Of a stretch of 64,000 nucleotides of DNA, positions 44,073 through 53,112 are shown one piece after another. Position 1 is the stretch's first letter. Each line of letters begins with the position of its first letter. Under the pieces are notes generated by a model. It had not been told where the DNA came from, searched no databases, and worked only from the letters and a program-made list of their open reading frames with translations. Location: positions 316,203 to 380,202 of the forward strand of contig VMGF01000001.1 in NCBI GenBank assembly GCA_007376445.1, written 5' to 3'. This DNA is from Parcubacteria group bacterium Gr01-1014_3 (lineage in GTDB: Bacteria; Patescibacteriota; Minisyncoccia; UBA6257; WO2-44-18). Made by a program: the position numbers and the translations under genes.

Positions 44073-45533
44073 TTGACAATAGGAGGACCCAGAATGATCG
44101 TAGGACTGCTGCTCGTTATGAGTGTTGTGGCGACGCTTTTGCTATTCTTTTTGCTTCCCCGGACGGCATGGTTTCGGCGTATGCGCGCGCATTGGCTTGT
44201 ATTCCGCCTGGCGTGGACTGTACATAAAATGAAAGAAGTCGTCGACAATTATGACTCCCCAAAATCAAAGCTGAAAAGAGCTCGTGAAGCAGTTGAAGTT
44301 TTACGAGCCGGTTTCTGGGTGAATCCCATGGGTGACAATATCTACTTGGATTCAGGCGAATACTCCGGAATAGCCGGACGACTAAGTGACATTGTCGAGG
44401 CACTGGAAGCCAATTCTTCATATGAGCAAATTGGCACCACGAAAGAAGAGGTCATTGGTTTTAGGAATGGTAACGCCCACAAGGCTTCCGCGCGGCTTCA
44501 GGTTGACCTGTTTCGGAATCTTAAACAAGAACCTCGTATTCATTGTATTACCAAGCTTGCAGAAGACGCCGGCTTCACTCTTGACGAAATCGGCACGAGC
44601 GTAAGAGAACTCGAATCGCTCCAGAGAGAACATGATCGTCTACTACGGGTAGACGAAGTGCAAGGATTTAGAGAGTGGGCTACGGGTAAATCGGATTTCC
44701 GGCGAGCCCCCGACGAGTTCGAGAAGCGAATTTCTGATCTTTTGTCTGGGAAGCATTACGCCGGTAGATTCACTTATGAAGAGATCGGCACCAGCGAGCA
44801 GGAGTATCTGGAAATTATGCGCCTTGCTCGGCGTCGCGAAGTGATTTTCTGGATCGATTATTTTAAGAATAAGACTGATAAAGGCGAAACCGATAACTCA
44901 TTCGCCCGAAAAGAGATCAGGAAGTCTTTGAAGAAATCGGGATTGGCATTGAGCGATTTCGGCATCACCGCACTTGACTTGGACGAAATCGAACGACGCG
45001 CCTATATTAACAAGGCCAAGGATTCACTGAAAGAACTTAAGACGCCGGGTGAGGGTTGGTTTTACTCAGGACCTCTTAATACGAATTATTCCAATGTCCG
45101 ATTCTATAAGCCCGCGCTTTTGGGGTGCATTCCCGGAGATCCTCTGGTCTTTGTAAAAGAAATTGAGAAAAATCTGGCGACCGCAAAGAGCACGCTATCC
45201 GATATTGGGACGAACGAGTCGGAAATGAAAGTTTTTGTGCGCGCTGGCCATCTTGCTTCTGTTAAGTTTCTTTTGAAAGAGCTTGAAGACGTCTCGCAAA
45301 CTCCCAGACGAACCAGAATCGAACGAGTAGCGAGTATGCTTGGACCTAAAGCAATGATCATGGATGATCCAAGCAGCCCAATTGATCGTACGACTCTCGA
45401 GGACCCATATCCGATCGATCGCGATATTCAAGCGATTGAATATCATCTCAATGGAGCGGGAATCGGACTCGAAGAAATAGGAAGTTCTCAGGAGAAGCTT
45501 CAGGAACTGAAAGCTATTATCGAGGCACGGTAA
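44073..45533 (+). CDS. novel repeat protein: N-terminal TM plus six ~60-70 aa repeats each carrying an (E/D)-I-G-T-S-x-x-E motif
   Basis: The repeat hits are YEQIGTTKEEV, LDEIGTSVRELESL, YEEIGTSEQEYLEI, LSDFGITALDLDEI, LSDIGTNESEMKVF and LEEIGSSQEKLQEL. A strong promoter (TTGACG N17 TATAAA) and SD aggagga lie upstream. It sits immediately after the tRNA-Cys/tRNA-Leu pair. Confidence 0.5.
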   Translation: MTIGGPRMIVGLLLVMSVVATLLLFFLLPRTAWFRRMRAHWLVFRLAWTVHKMKEVVDNYDSPKSKLKRAREAVEVLRAGFWVNPMGDNIYLDSGEYSGIAGRLSDIVEALEANSSYEQIGTTKEEVIGFRNGNAHKASARLQVDLFRNLKQEPRIHCITKLAEDAGFTLDEIGTSVRELESLQREHDRLLRVDEVQGFREWATGKSDFRRAPDEFEKRISDLLSGKHYAGRFTYEEIGTSEQEYLEIMRLARRREVIFWIDYFKNKTDKGETDNSFARKEIRKSLKKSGLALSDFGITALDLDEIERRAYINKAKDSLKELKTPGEGWFYSGPLNTNYSNVRFYKPALLGCIPGDPLVFVKEIEKNLATAKSTLSDIGTNESEMKVFVRAGHLASVKFLLKELEDVSQTPRRTRIERVASMLGPKAMIMDDPSSPIDRTTLEDPYPIDRDIQAIEYHLNGAGIGLEEIGSSQEKLQELKAIIEAR

Positions 45534-45596
45534 ATACGGAAGATTTACAGAAATCAAAAATAAAACCCGCATAATCTTAATGATTGGCGGGCTTTT

Positions 45597-45935
45597 TTAT
45601 TTATTTTCCAGCAACTTTTTTTCCACACCAGCCGCTTTCTCCGGGCCGACGTCAATTTTGAAGACGATCTTAGGCATCGGGCGGATATTGATCTTGTCAT
45701 TCAGGATTCCCTGCAAATATCCGCGGCTTTTTTCGAGAACTTCCAGAACCCGGTCAGCTTTGTCGGAGGGGATGACGCTGATCTTACTGATCGCGCGGTC
45801 CAGGTCTTTATTTACATCAACTTCGGTCAGCGTGATCAGCGCGCCGTCAACTTCGATATTGCGTAGCAGGATCTCCGCCAGATTTTTGCGGATCAGTTCA
45901 CTGACCCGGTCTTTTCGATAAAATTGCTTTGGCAT
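45597..45935 (-). CDS. rbfA: ribosome-binding factor A
   Basis: It has a KH-like RbfA fold signature, RVSELIRKNLAEIL...ALITLTEVDVNKDLDRAISKISV. Confidence 0.85.
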   Translation of the reverse strand: MPKQFYRKDRVSELIRKNLAEILLRNIEVDGALITLTEVDVNKDLDRAISKISVIPSDKADRVLEVLEKSRGYLQGILNDKINIRPMPKIVFKIDVGPEKAAGVEKKLLENK

Positions 45936-46034
45936 TGTTTATTAATGAATAAATAATTTTCAATTATAAATTATAAATTTTAAATTAATTTAAAATTTTA
46001 AAATTAAAAATTTATAATTCATTTTGGTTAATGA

Positions 46035-47513
46035 CTATGTTCGGTATAACAATAGGTCCCCCTTGGCGATTTTGGTGGTTGACTCAACCAGGAGGCCGCA
46101 CTCATTTCCGGTCTCAATTTTACCAGCATCCTTTTTGCCCTGTTGTAGGTTAGTGATTTTCAATTCGCCAATAACCGAACCGTTCCGTTCGATAGCTAGC
46201 GTGGATTTATTCAAGATCACGCCCTCGATGACTTTCCCGCCGATAATTTGCTTGCCTGCAGTAGCCTTAGCGGGGGTGGTTTTTCCGCTCTCCCCAAAGA
46301 TGGCCAGAATTTCCAGACGACCGACAACCTGAGGCAGATAGGCCTTTGCCAGCTCTTGCTCGATAACTTTCAAAAGATCGTAAACGATCTCAGATTGGAT
46401 AATTTTAATTTTATGATCCAGGGCCAGAGCTTCCGCCGGTTTAGTGATTTTTGTTTTAAAACCCACGATAACGGCCTTGGTGGAGATCGCGAGTTTTACA
46501 TCGCCATCGGTGATATCGCCGACCGATTCTTCAATGATCTCAATTTTCTGAGTTTTCTTGAGCGGCAGACTTTTTACGATTTCCGCGAGCGCTTCCAAAG
46601 AACCCGAAACATCAGCTTTCAGGATCACGTTCACATCGGACTCGCTGGTCTTGCTCGCCGCGATAACTTTCTTAATTTTAATATTCGGTTCATTTTTTCC
46701 GGCCACGAAATTTTCACCGGCCTTCGGCAGGCTTTCCAATCCAAAGATCAGCGCAGGGGAAGATGGGCTGATTTCTTTGACCGCTTTGCCCAAAAAGTTT
46801 TCCAGCATTTTCACTTTGCCGTTGGCGCTCTCGGTGGAAATGAGATCTCCGAAGCGTAAAGTGCCATCGGTCACGATGACCGTGGCTACGACGCCGCGGC
46901 GGGAGTCCATTTTGGATTCCAAAATCAAACCGCTGGCCGGTTTAGCGGGATCATATTCCAGATCTTCCAGTTCCGAAGCCAAGAGAACCAGGTCGAGAAG
47001 TTCATTTACGCCTTGGCCGCTTTTGGCGGAAATTTCCTGATTGCTTACATCGCCACCATAGCCTTCGAGGAATACTTCGCTCTGCATCAGCTCGTTTTTA
47101 ATTTTATTCGGATCCACGCCTTCCTTGTCGATTTTATTGATAGCGACAATGAAAGTCGTTTTAGTTTCTTTAAGAATTTTTATTGCGGCTTTAGTTTGTG
47201 GCTGGACGCCGTCATCGGCGGCTACCACCAAGATTGCCACGTCGGCGACATGCGCTCCGCGAGTTTTCATCTTACCGAAAGCTTCATGGCCCGGAGTGTC
47301 AATAAAAGTGATTCGCGCTGCTTGTCCTGAGCTTGCCGAAGGATGGACAATCTCATAAGCCCCAATGGACTGGGTAATACCGCCGGCTTCTTTAGCGGCT
47401 ACGTTGGTCTTCCGGATATAGTCGAGCAGCGTGGTCTTTCCATGGTCCACACTGCCCATGATTACTATGATAGGCGATCGTTTTGGCATAGTTATGTGGT
47501 TAAAGATTGCCAC
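46035..47513 (-). CDS. infB: translation initiation factor IF-2 (short form lacking N-terminal domains)
   Basis: It has the G-domain IVIMGSVDHGKTTLLDYI, GGITQSIGAY and DTPGHEAF, followed by beta-barrel domains. It is upstream of rbfA on the same strand. Confidence 0.9.
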   Translation of the reverse strand: MAIFNHITMPKRSPIIVIMGSVDHGKTTLLDYIRKTNVAAKEAGGITQSIGAYEIVHPSASSGQAARITFIDTPGHEAFGKMKTRGAHVADVAILVVAADDGVQPQTKAAIKILKETKTTFIVAINKIDKEGVDPNKIKNELMQSEVFLEGYGGDVSNQEISAKSGQGVNELLDLVLLASELEDLEYDPAKPASGLILESKMDSRRGVVATVIVTDGTLRFGDLISTESANGKVKMLENFLGKAVKEISPSSPALIFGLESLPKAGENFVAGKNEPNIKIKKVIAASKTSESDVNVILKADVSGSLEALAEIVKSLPLKKTQKIEIIEESVGDITDGDVKLAISTKAVIVGFKTKITKPAEALALDHKIKIIQSEIVYDLLKVIEQELAKAYLPQVVGRLEILAIFGESGKTTPAKATAGKQIIGGKVIEGVILNKSTLAIERNGSVIGELKITNLQQGKKDAGKIETGNECGLLVESTTKIAKGDLLLYRT

Positions 47514-47648
47514 AAAAATTGATTTTGAGCAAATTCTGTAAAATTTTAAAGTCCAAATTTTAAATTTTAAGTTAATTTTTTAATTTTGAAATTTATAAAT
47601 TGATTTAAAATTGAAAATTTAAAATTGAAAATTCTGTATACTTAAGGT

Positions 47649-48542
47649 ATGTCGGAAATCGAAAAACTGCTTAAAAACTATCTGGATTATCTGGAAATCG
47701 AGAAGAACCGGCTGGTTTTGACCAGGAATAATTATGAGCGGTATCTCCGGGCATTTTTTGAGAACGGCAAGATCGAGAAGTTAAGTCATCTTACTTTGGA
47801 TAAAATAAAGGATTTTCGTCTGGCACTCGCGCGGCGGGATCTCAAAAAATCTACCCAAGCGTACTATGTGATCGCGATCCGGAATTTCTTGAAGTATCTG
47901 ATCAAAGAGGATTATGAAGTTGTTTCGCCGGACAAGATCGAACTGCCCAAGCTTTCCCAGCGGCAGATCGAGATATTGGATACGGCTGATTTTGAAAGAT
48001 TTTTAAAGGCGCCAAAAGGCGATGATCTTCGTACTTTGCGTGACCGGGCGATCTTGGAGGTTTTCTTTTCTACCGGACTTCGTTTGTCGGAGCTCTGTAA
48101 GTTGGACCGGTATCTGAATCTGGAAAGAGGAGAGTTCACCGTGCGGGGCAAGGGTGAGAAGTTGCGGACGGTATTCTTATCTTCAACCGCCCAGGACGCT
48201 ATCAAAAAATATCTGGCTAAACGGCCGGACACTTTGGAGGTTCTTTTCGTGAGTCTCACAAAAGAAAAAGATAACCCGAAAGTGGTTGGTCCGATCACTT
48301 CCCGGTCAGTCCAGCGTATGGTTAACTACTACGCGAAAAAAGCCGGAGTTATGCATAAGATCACTCCGCACGGATTGCGCCATCTTTTCGCGACAGATTT
48401 ATTGATGAACGGCGCCGACATCCGTTCGGTTCAGGAATTATTGGGCCACAGCAATATTTCCACCACCCAGATTTACACGCACGTCACCAATAAGCATCTA
48501 CAGGACGTTCATAAGGCTTTTCACGGAAAACGCAGACGCTAA
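47649..48542 (+). CDS. tyrosine recombinase, XerC/XerD family
   Basis: It has an N-terminal SAM-like domain and the catalytic R...HGLRHLFATDLL...LGHSNISTTQIYTHV with the Tyr nucleophile. Confidence 0.85.
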   Translation: MSEIEKLLKNYLDYLEIEKNRLVLTRNNYERYLRAFFENGKIEKLSHLTLDKIKDFRLALARRDLKKSTQAYYVIAIRNFLKYLIKEDYEVVSPDKIELPKLSQRQIEILDTADFERFLKAPKGDDLRTLRDRAILEVFFSTGLRLSELCKLDRYLNLERGEFTVRGKGEKLRTVFLSSTAQDAIKKYLAKRPDTLEVLFVSLTKEKDNPKVVGPITSRSVQRMVNYYAKKAGVMHKITPHGLRHLFATDLLMNGADIRSVQELLGHSNISTTQIYTHVTNKHLQDVHKAFHGKRRR

Positions 48543-48563
48543 TGTTGTATAATTAGGAATATG

Positions 48564-48684
48564 CCAGGTAGTGAAAACTCGAGCAATGAATTCAGCGAGA
48601 AAGCTAAGTTTTTACTATCCAGCATGCCAGGCAAGGAGACTCGGTCCTGTCTGGCAAAACTAAACTCGAGTTTCTACTACCTGG
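48564..48684. repeat. Family A inverted-repeat element, copy 3 (121 nt, carries a ~60-nt nested internal insertion)
   Basis: Its termini are ccaggtagtgaaaactcgag ... cctgtctggcaaaactaaactcgagtttctactacctgg. The outer halves are colinear with copy 1. The internal segment itself contains a degenerate end-to-start junction (tttttactatccagcatgccagg). It ends 1 nt before the ATG at 48686. Confidence 0.8.
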
Positions 48685-48685
48685 T

Positions 48686-50053
48686 ATGCGATTAGTTGAA
48701 AAATTCTTTGTAATTGTAGCTTTGGTTCTGGGCGGATGCGCGGTTATTGCAGCGATGGAGCCGAACTATGCCCTGGCGGCTTCCAAGATTATTTCTATCA
48801 GCATAGATAATCCGGATGGGCCGTTAAAATCATCTACGGTTAGTTTCTCTATACCATTTGGCCTGGCGCCGATCAACTTAACCGACGCGATGAATTGGAA
48901 TTCAAGCGCGAGGCGGCTTGAGATCGATCTCGGTTCGTTCACCACCAAAGAAACCAAGACGGTAATTTTTGCTATCGAAGGCGAGCTCGGAAATTATTTA
49001 GTGAGCGGTGAGATCACCGGCGTCTGGCCGAAAACCAACTCGTTGCCGGAAGAATCTTTCAAAGGCACGATCGATCCATTCGTGGTGCTGATCGAGCCGG
49101 AAGGTAGCCAATCTTCAGTTTTAGAATTTCTGGACAATCTTAGGCGTGATCCTCGCGTGGCCGGTCCTATGGCCAAGATCGCCCAGCCGGTTTCCGTGGC
49201 TCTAGGCGCCGTTGGCACAGCCGCCGCGGCTGCCAACGCTTTTATGACGAGCCCGGCGCTTCTCGCCGAGCTTTCCCGCCTGCTCAGCTTGTTTGGCTTC
49301 GGTATGTTCCGTCTTAAAAAACGGAAGCCATGGGGTCGGGTCTACGACCGCCTGACTGATAATCCGATCTATGGAGCGGTAGTTAAAATATTTGATTCAA
49401 AATATAAATTGGCGAAAGAAACGCAGACCACGGACAAAGAAGGTCGTTTTGGATTTTTAGTTTCGTCGGGCGAGTATTACATCCGCATTATACGCGCCGG
49501 CTATGAAGATTATCAGTCCGCGCTTATTAAAATTTCCCAGCCGGATCAGTCTTTGATCTTGGATGTGCCGATGGTAGTAACGGGAGCAACGATAAAGAGG
49601 CCAATGATCAACACCCTGAAACTCAAGCAGCAGCTTCGTGACGTTTTTTATGTCAGCGGTTTGGCGCTGACGGTGATCGGCAGTCTGATCAGCTTGGCGG
49701 TGGCGCTGATAGTGCCGAGTATACTCAACTACGGGATCGTGTTGGTTTATCTGATCCTCTGGGTCTTCCGGATTGGGATGGCGCACGAGCATGTTAAATC
49801 TTTCGGCAAAGTTTTGGATAAGTCCACGAATAAACCGGTGGATCTGGCCGTGGTCAGATTATTCTCCGCCGATCAATCCTGGTTATTGGAGACGCGAGTG
49901 ACCGACGCGAGCGGCAAGTTCCGTTTCTTGGTGAATCACGGCGGTTATTATGTGACTGCCGTCAGAGAAGGATATGGGTCTTTCCAGTCCGCTCCGCTAG
50001 AACTTAAGAAATCCGACGTCTTCGCGCACGATATTAAAATAGAGAGGGCATAG
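48686..50053 (+). CDS. membrane protein with two carboxypeptidase-regulatory-like (CarboxypepD_reg) domains
   Basis: It has an N-terminal TM. Two homologous blocks, VVKIFDSKYKLAKETQTTDKEGRFGFLVSSGEYYIRIIRAGYEDYQS and VVRLFSADQSWLLETRVTDASGKFRFLVNHGGYYVTAVREGYGSFQS, are separated by TM helices. Confidence 0.5.
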   Translation: MRLVEKFFVIVALVLGGCAVIAAMEPNYALAASKIISISIDNPDGPLKSSTVSFSIPFGLAPINLTDAMNWNSSARRLEIDLGSFTTKETKTVIFAIEGELGNYLVSGEITGVWPKTNSLPEESFKGTIDPFVVLIEPEGSQSSVLEFLDNLRRDPRVAGPMAKIAQPVSVALGAVGTAAAAANAFMTSPALLAELSRLLSLFGFGMFRLKKRKPWGRVYDRLTDNPIYGAVVKIFDSKYKLAKETQTTDKEGRFGFLVSSGEYYIRIIRAGYEDYQSALIKISQPDQSLILDVPMVVTGATIKRPMINTLKLKQQLRDVFYVSGLALTVIGSLISLAVALIVPSILNYGIVLVYLILWVFRIGMAHEHVKSFGKVLDKSTNKPVDLAVVRLFSADQSWLLETRVTDASGKFRFLVNHGGYYVTAVREGYGSFQSAPLELKKSDVFAHDIKIERA

Positions 50054-50174
50054 AAATAATTTTCAATTTCCAAATACCAATTTTCATTCAACAATCAATA
50101 TTCAAACTTCAACCGGTTTGAAAATTAATCCTTGTAAATTGATTGAAAATTGTAAAATTGAGAATTGATAATTT

Positions 50175-51704
50175 TTAAATTGGCAGTTTGCCAATTTTTC
50201 CAAGCAAACTCCTCCCTGTCATTTCTTTTGGCTTTTGGATTGCCAGAATTTCTAAAATAGTTGGCGCTACATCCGCCAGAATTCCGGCTGTTGGCACCTT
50301 GTCTTTCACCAGCTCTCCGCCATCCTGGCGGTATTTTTCATTAACTATCCAAAGCGGCACCGGGTTGGTGGAATGGCCGGTGTCGATCTGGCCAGTTTCC
50401 AAATTGATCATCTCTTCGGCGTTGCCGTGATCTCCGGTGATAACTAAAGTACCGCCAACTTCAGCGACGCGCGCTTTGATCTTACCCAGGCACTCATCCA
50501 CAATCTCGATCGCCTGAATGCCGGCATCCAGATTGCCGGTGTGAGCGACCATGTCGGAGTTCGCCAGGTTGATGGCGATGAAATCATATTCACCAATGGC
50601 GGCGATCGCCTTTTCGGTGATCTCTCTCGCGCTCATCTCGGGTTTTTTGTCATACCGGAAGTTATCCTTGGAAGGGACAAGAACGCGATCTTCTTTTGGA
50701 AAGGGTTTTTCCGCTCCGCCATTTAAGAAATAGGTGATATGCGCGTATTTTTCCGTTTCGGCGATGTGCGCCTGATTTTTTCCGGCATCCGAGATGGCTT
50801 TTGCCAGCGGTTCGGTAATATTTTGTGGCGCGAAAGCAACCGGGATCTTAAAGTCTTCCTGATAAGAAACCATGGTGATCAGTAAAAGTTTTTTTATTTT
50901 CATAAAAGCCTCAGTTAGTTGGCGCGCTCGGTCTGGCCGGAAATTAAAAAAGATCAAAGCGTCCGCTTCATCGAATTTTCCGACCGGTTGGCCGGCAGTG
51001 TCGGTAACAACAGTCGGAGGAAGATTTTCGTCTTCAATTTTATTTTGATAGGCCAACTCAACTGCTTCACGGGCGGAAGCGGCTTTTACGCCCTCGCCAC
51101 GGATGATCGCTGCCATCGTTTTTTCGGTAAGATCTAATTTTTTAGTGCGGTCGAGCGCCGTAACTCTTCCGATGAGAGTGGCAATTTTACCTATATTCAG
51201 TCTTGTCATCGCGGTTTCAACTTGCTCTAAAAGCGTGAGCGCGGTGCGGGGCGGGGAGTCTTCGCCATCCGTAAAAAGATGAAGATAAACTTCACCGGCG
51301 TATTTTTTCTTAGCCAGCATTTCTAGTAAGCCGACGAGATGGTTAACGTGAGCGTGAATACCGCCGGTCGAAAGCAGTCCCATCAGATGAATCCGAGGCC
51401 GCTGAATGGCTTCGCTCCAAACCGGCAAATTAGAAAACGAGCCGTCTTGGATCGCCAGACTGATTCGCGGATAGTTTTGATAGATAACCAGGCCCGCGCC
51501 GATGTTGGTGTGGCCGACTTCCGAACTACCTACGTCGCCCCAGGGAATTCCCACGGCGATACCGGAAGCCTGAAGCGCCGTTCCAGGATAAAAACGACTG
51601 ATCTCAAGAAGATTCGGTTTCTTAGCCTGATGAATGGCATTGCCGGTCTCCTGATAAGAGACGCCGAAGCCGTCGAGAATTGTAAGGACTGTCGTTGGTT
51701 TCAT
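50175..51704 (-). CDS. gpmI: 2,3-bisphosphoglycerate-independent phosphoglycerate mutase
   Basis: It has the iPGM N-terminus TILDGFGVS, the metalloenzyme motifs, and LVITGDHGNAEEM. Confidence 0.9.
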   Translation of the reverse strand: MKPTTVLTILDGFGVSYQETGNAIHQAKKPNLLEISRFYPGTALQASGIAVGIPWGDVGSSEVGHTNIGAGLVIYQNYPRISLAIQDGSFSNLPVWSEAIQRPRIHLMGLLSTGGIHAHVNHLVGLLEMLAKKKYAGEVYLHLFTDGEDSPPRTALTLLEQVETAMTRLNIGKIATLIGRVTALDRTKKLDLTEKTMAAIIRGEGVKAASAREAVELAYQNKIEDENLPPTVVTDTAGQPVGKFDEADALIFFNFRPDRARQLTEAFMKIKKLLLITMVSYQEDFKIPVAFAPQNITEPLAKAISDAGKNQAHIAETEKYAHITYFLNGGAEKPFPKEDRVLVPSKDNFRYDKKPEMSAREITEKAIAAIGEYDFIAINLANSDMVAHTGNLDAGIQAIEIVDECLGKIKARVAEVGGTLVITGDHGNAEEMINLETGQIDTGHSTNPVPLWIVNEKYRQDGGELVKDKVPTAGILADVAPTILEILAIQKPKEMTGRSLLGKIGKLPI

Positions 51705-51729
51705 TTATTCATTATATAATAAGAAGACT

Positions 51730-52770
51730 ATGCAGCGAAAAATCATCATCGGTATTTTGGTTATTATCGGGATAGCTTTACTTTTCTGGTTCGTGTCAAA
51801 ACCGGCGGCTCGGACCGTGGCTTTCCATCAGTATTTTATTGAGAACCGATATTTCGCGCCGGATCCGACCAAATTAGATTTGGAGAATATGGAAGCGGTG
51901 TTCCAGCATGTTTTTCTCGCGCTGGATTCAGCCGTAATGGTTTATCCCACGGAAAATTATTATTATTTCGTGCTGAATGTGTCCTCCGAAGGAGGATCGG
52001 CCTCCGGCGGAGATGGAAAGCCCATTCGACAGGCTCAGGGCAAGCCGATCTGGGGGAATTTGCATCTGGGCCCGGAGTCGCGCGACGCCGGGTTGATAGA
52101 TTTTGCTTACTGGGAATTCAAGGACCAGCCACGGCTGGCAAGTGCGCCTGATTTAGAAAATGATCGTTCGGTGAAATACCGCCAGTTCGGAAAAGCCGAT
52201 GGCCTGGTCATTAAAAAATTAACCGGTCTTCAATACCAGATTTCATATCGCGGGAAAACGGTTCTTTTTTCCATGAACCATCTCCCCCAAACACCGCCGA
52301 AGAATTTTCCTTTAAGGCCAGGCGAAGTTTTCACGCAGAAAACCTTTGATGAATCGGGATACAGCTTTTTTCTGATCAGAAATATGATGCCGCCAGCTTT
52401 TTCTTTCGTGCTTAATGATGAAGTTGACCTGCCCGAACCGCTGACCCCCATTCATAAAAATATTTGGATCGGGAAAAAATCCGGATTCGTATTTTATGAA
52501 GATCCAGAGGATCATCGCAAGACCTTGATCGGCATCAGCCAGGTAAATGCCAGTAAAAATAACTATTATGACGGCCCATTTGATCAGCTGGCGGATAATT
52601 ACGTGAAAGGGGATGAATTTAAGGACGCGATCTTGGCTGTTTATCCGTTACTGGCCGGCAAGATCGATAAGTATGGGCAGTTTTTAGACCGCGCGGGCGC
52701 CCGTTTGGCGATCGCTCCCTATCAAACCTATGAAAAGCTTGAGGATCTATATGATATAATTAAAAAATGA
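51730..52770 (+). CDS. hypothetical membrane-anchored protein
   Basis: It has an N-terminal TM and no recognisable motifs. Confidence 0.4.
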   Translation: MQRKIIIGILVIIGIALLFWFVSKPAARTVAFHQYFIENRYFAPDPTKLDLENMEAVFQHVFLALDSAVMVYPTENYYYFVLNVSSEGGSASGGDGKPIRQAQGKPIWGNLHLGPESRDAGLIDFAYWEFKDQPRLASAPDLENDRSVKYRQFGKADGLVIKKLTGLQYQISYRGKTVLFSMNHLPQTPPKNFPLRPGEVFTQKTFDESGYSFFLIRNMMPPAFSFVLNDEVDLPEPLTPIHKNIWIGKKSGFVFYEDPEDHRKTLIGISQVNASKNNYYDGPFDQLADNYVKGDEFKDAILAVYPLLAGKIDKYGQFLDRAGARLAIAPYQTYEKLEDLYDIIKK

Positions 52771-53111
52771 TTGAAGAAGATAAAAAGAAGAAAAAGCTCC
52801 GGCTTATCGTCTGGGCTCTGACCACCTCATTTGTTTTATTGGTAATTTGCGTTTTCACGGCGCTAGGTTTGAATCCATTTTATCCACTAGGTACTCCGAA
52901 GGGTTATATTCCGACCGTTACTTTGGCCCTGGACCGTTCCATTTTTGGACAGGAGCCGTTGGTTTTGGCGAGCGTGAGTTTGCCGATGATGGTACCACCG
53001 CTTCCGACCACGCTGGCTTTCCCAATGCCGAAACTGGAAGCCGAACTTAATTTAGATAAGAAATTTTCCCCGGTTATCACTCCAACTGTTACTTATAAAC
53101 CAGCTTATTAA
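52767..53111 (+). CDS. hypothetical small membrane protein
   Basis: It has an N-terminal TM. It overlaps the upstream stop and abuts the 53113 gene, consistent with an operon with the surface protein. Confidence 0.35.
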   Translation: MIEEDKKKKKLRLIVWALTTSFVLLVICVFTALGLNPFYPLGTPKGYIPTVTLALDRSIFGQEPLVLASVSLPMMVPPLPTTLAFPMPKLEAELNLDKKFSPVITPTVTYKPAY

Positions 53112-53112
53112 A

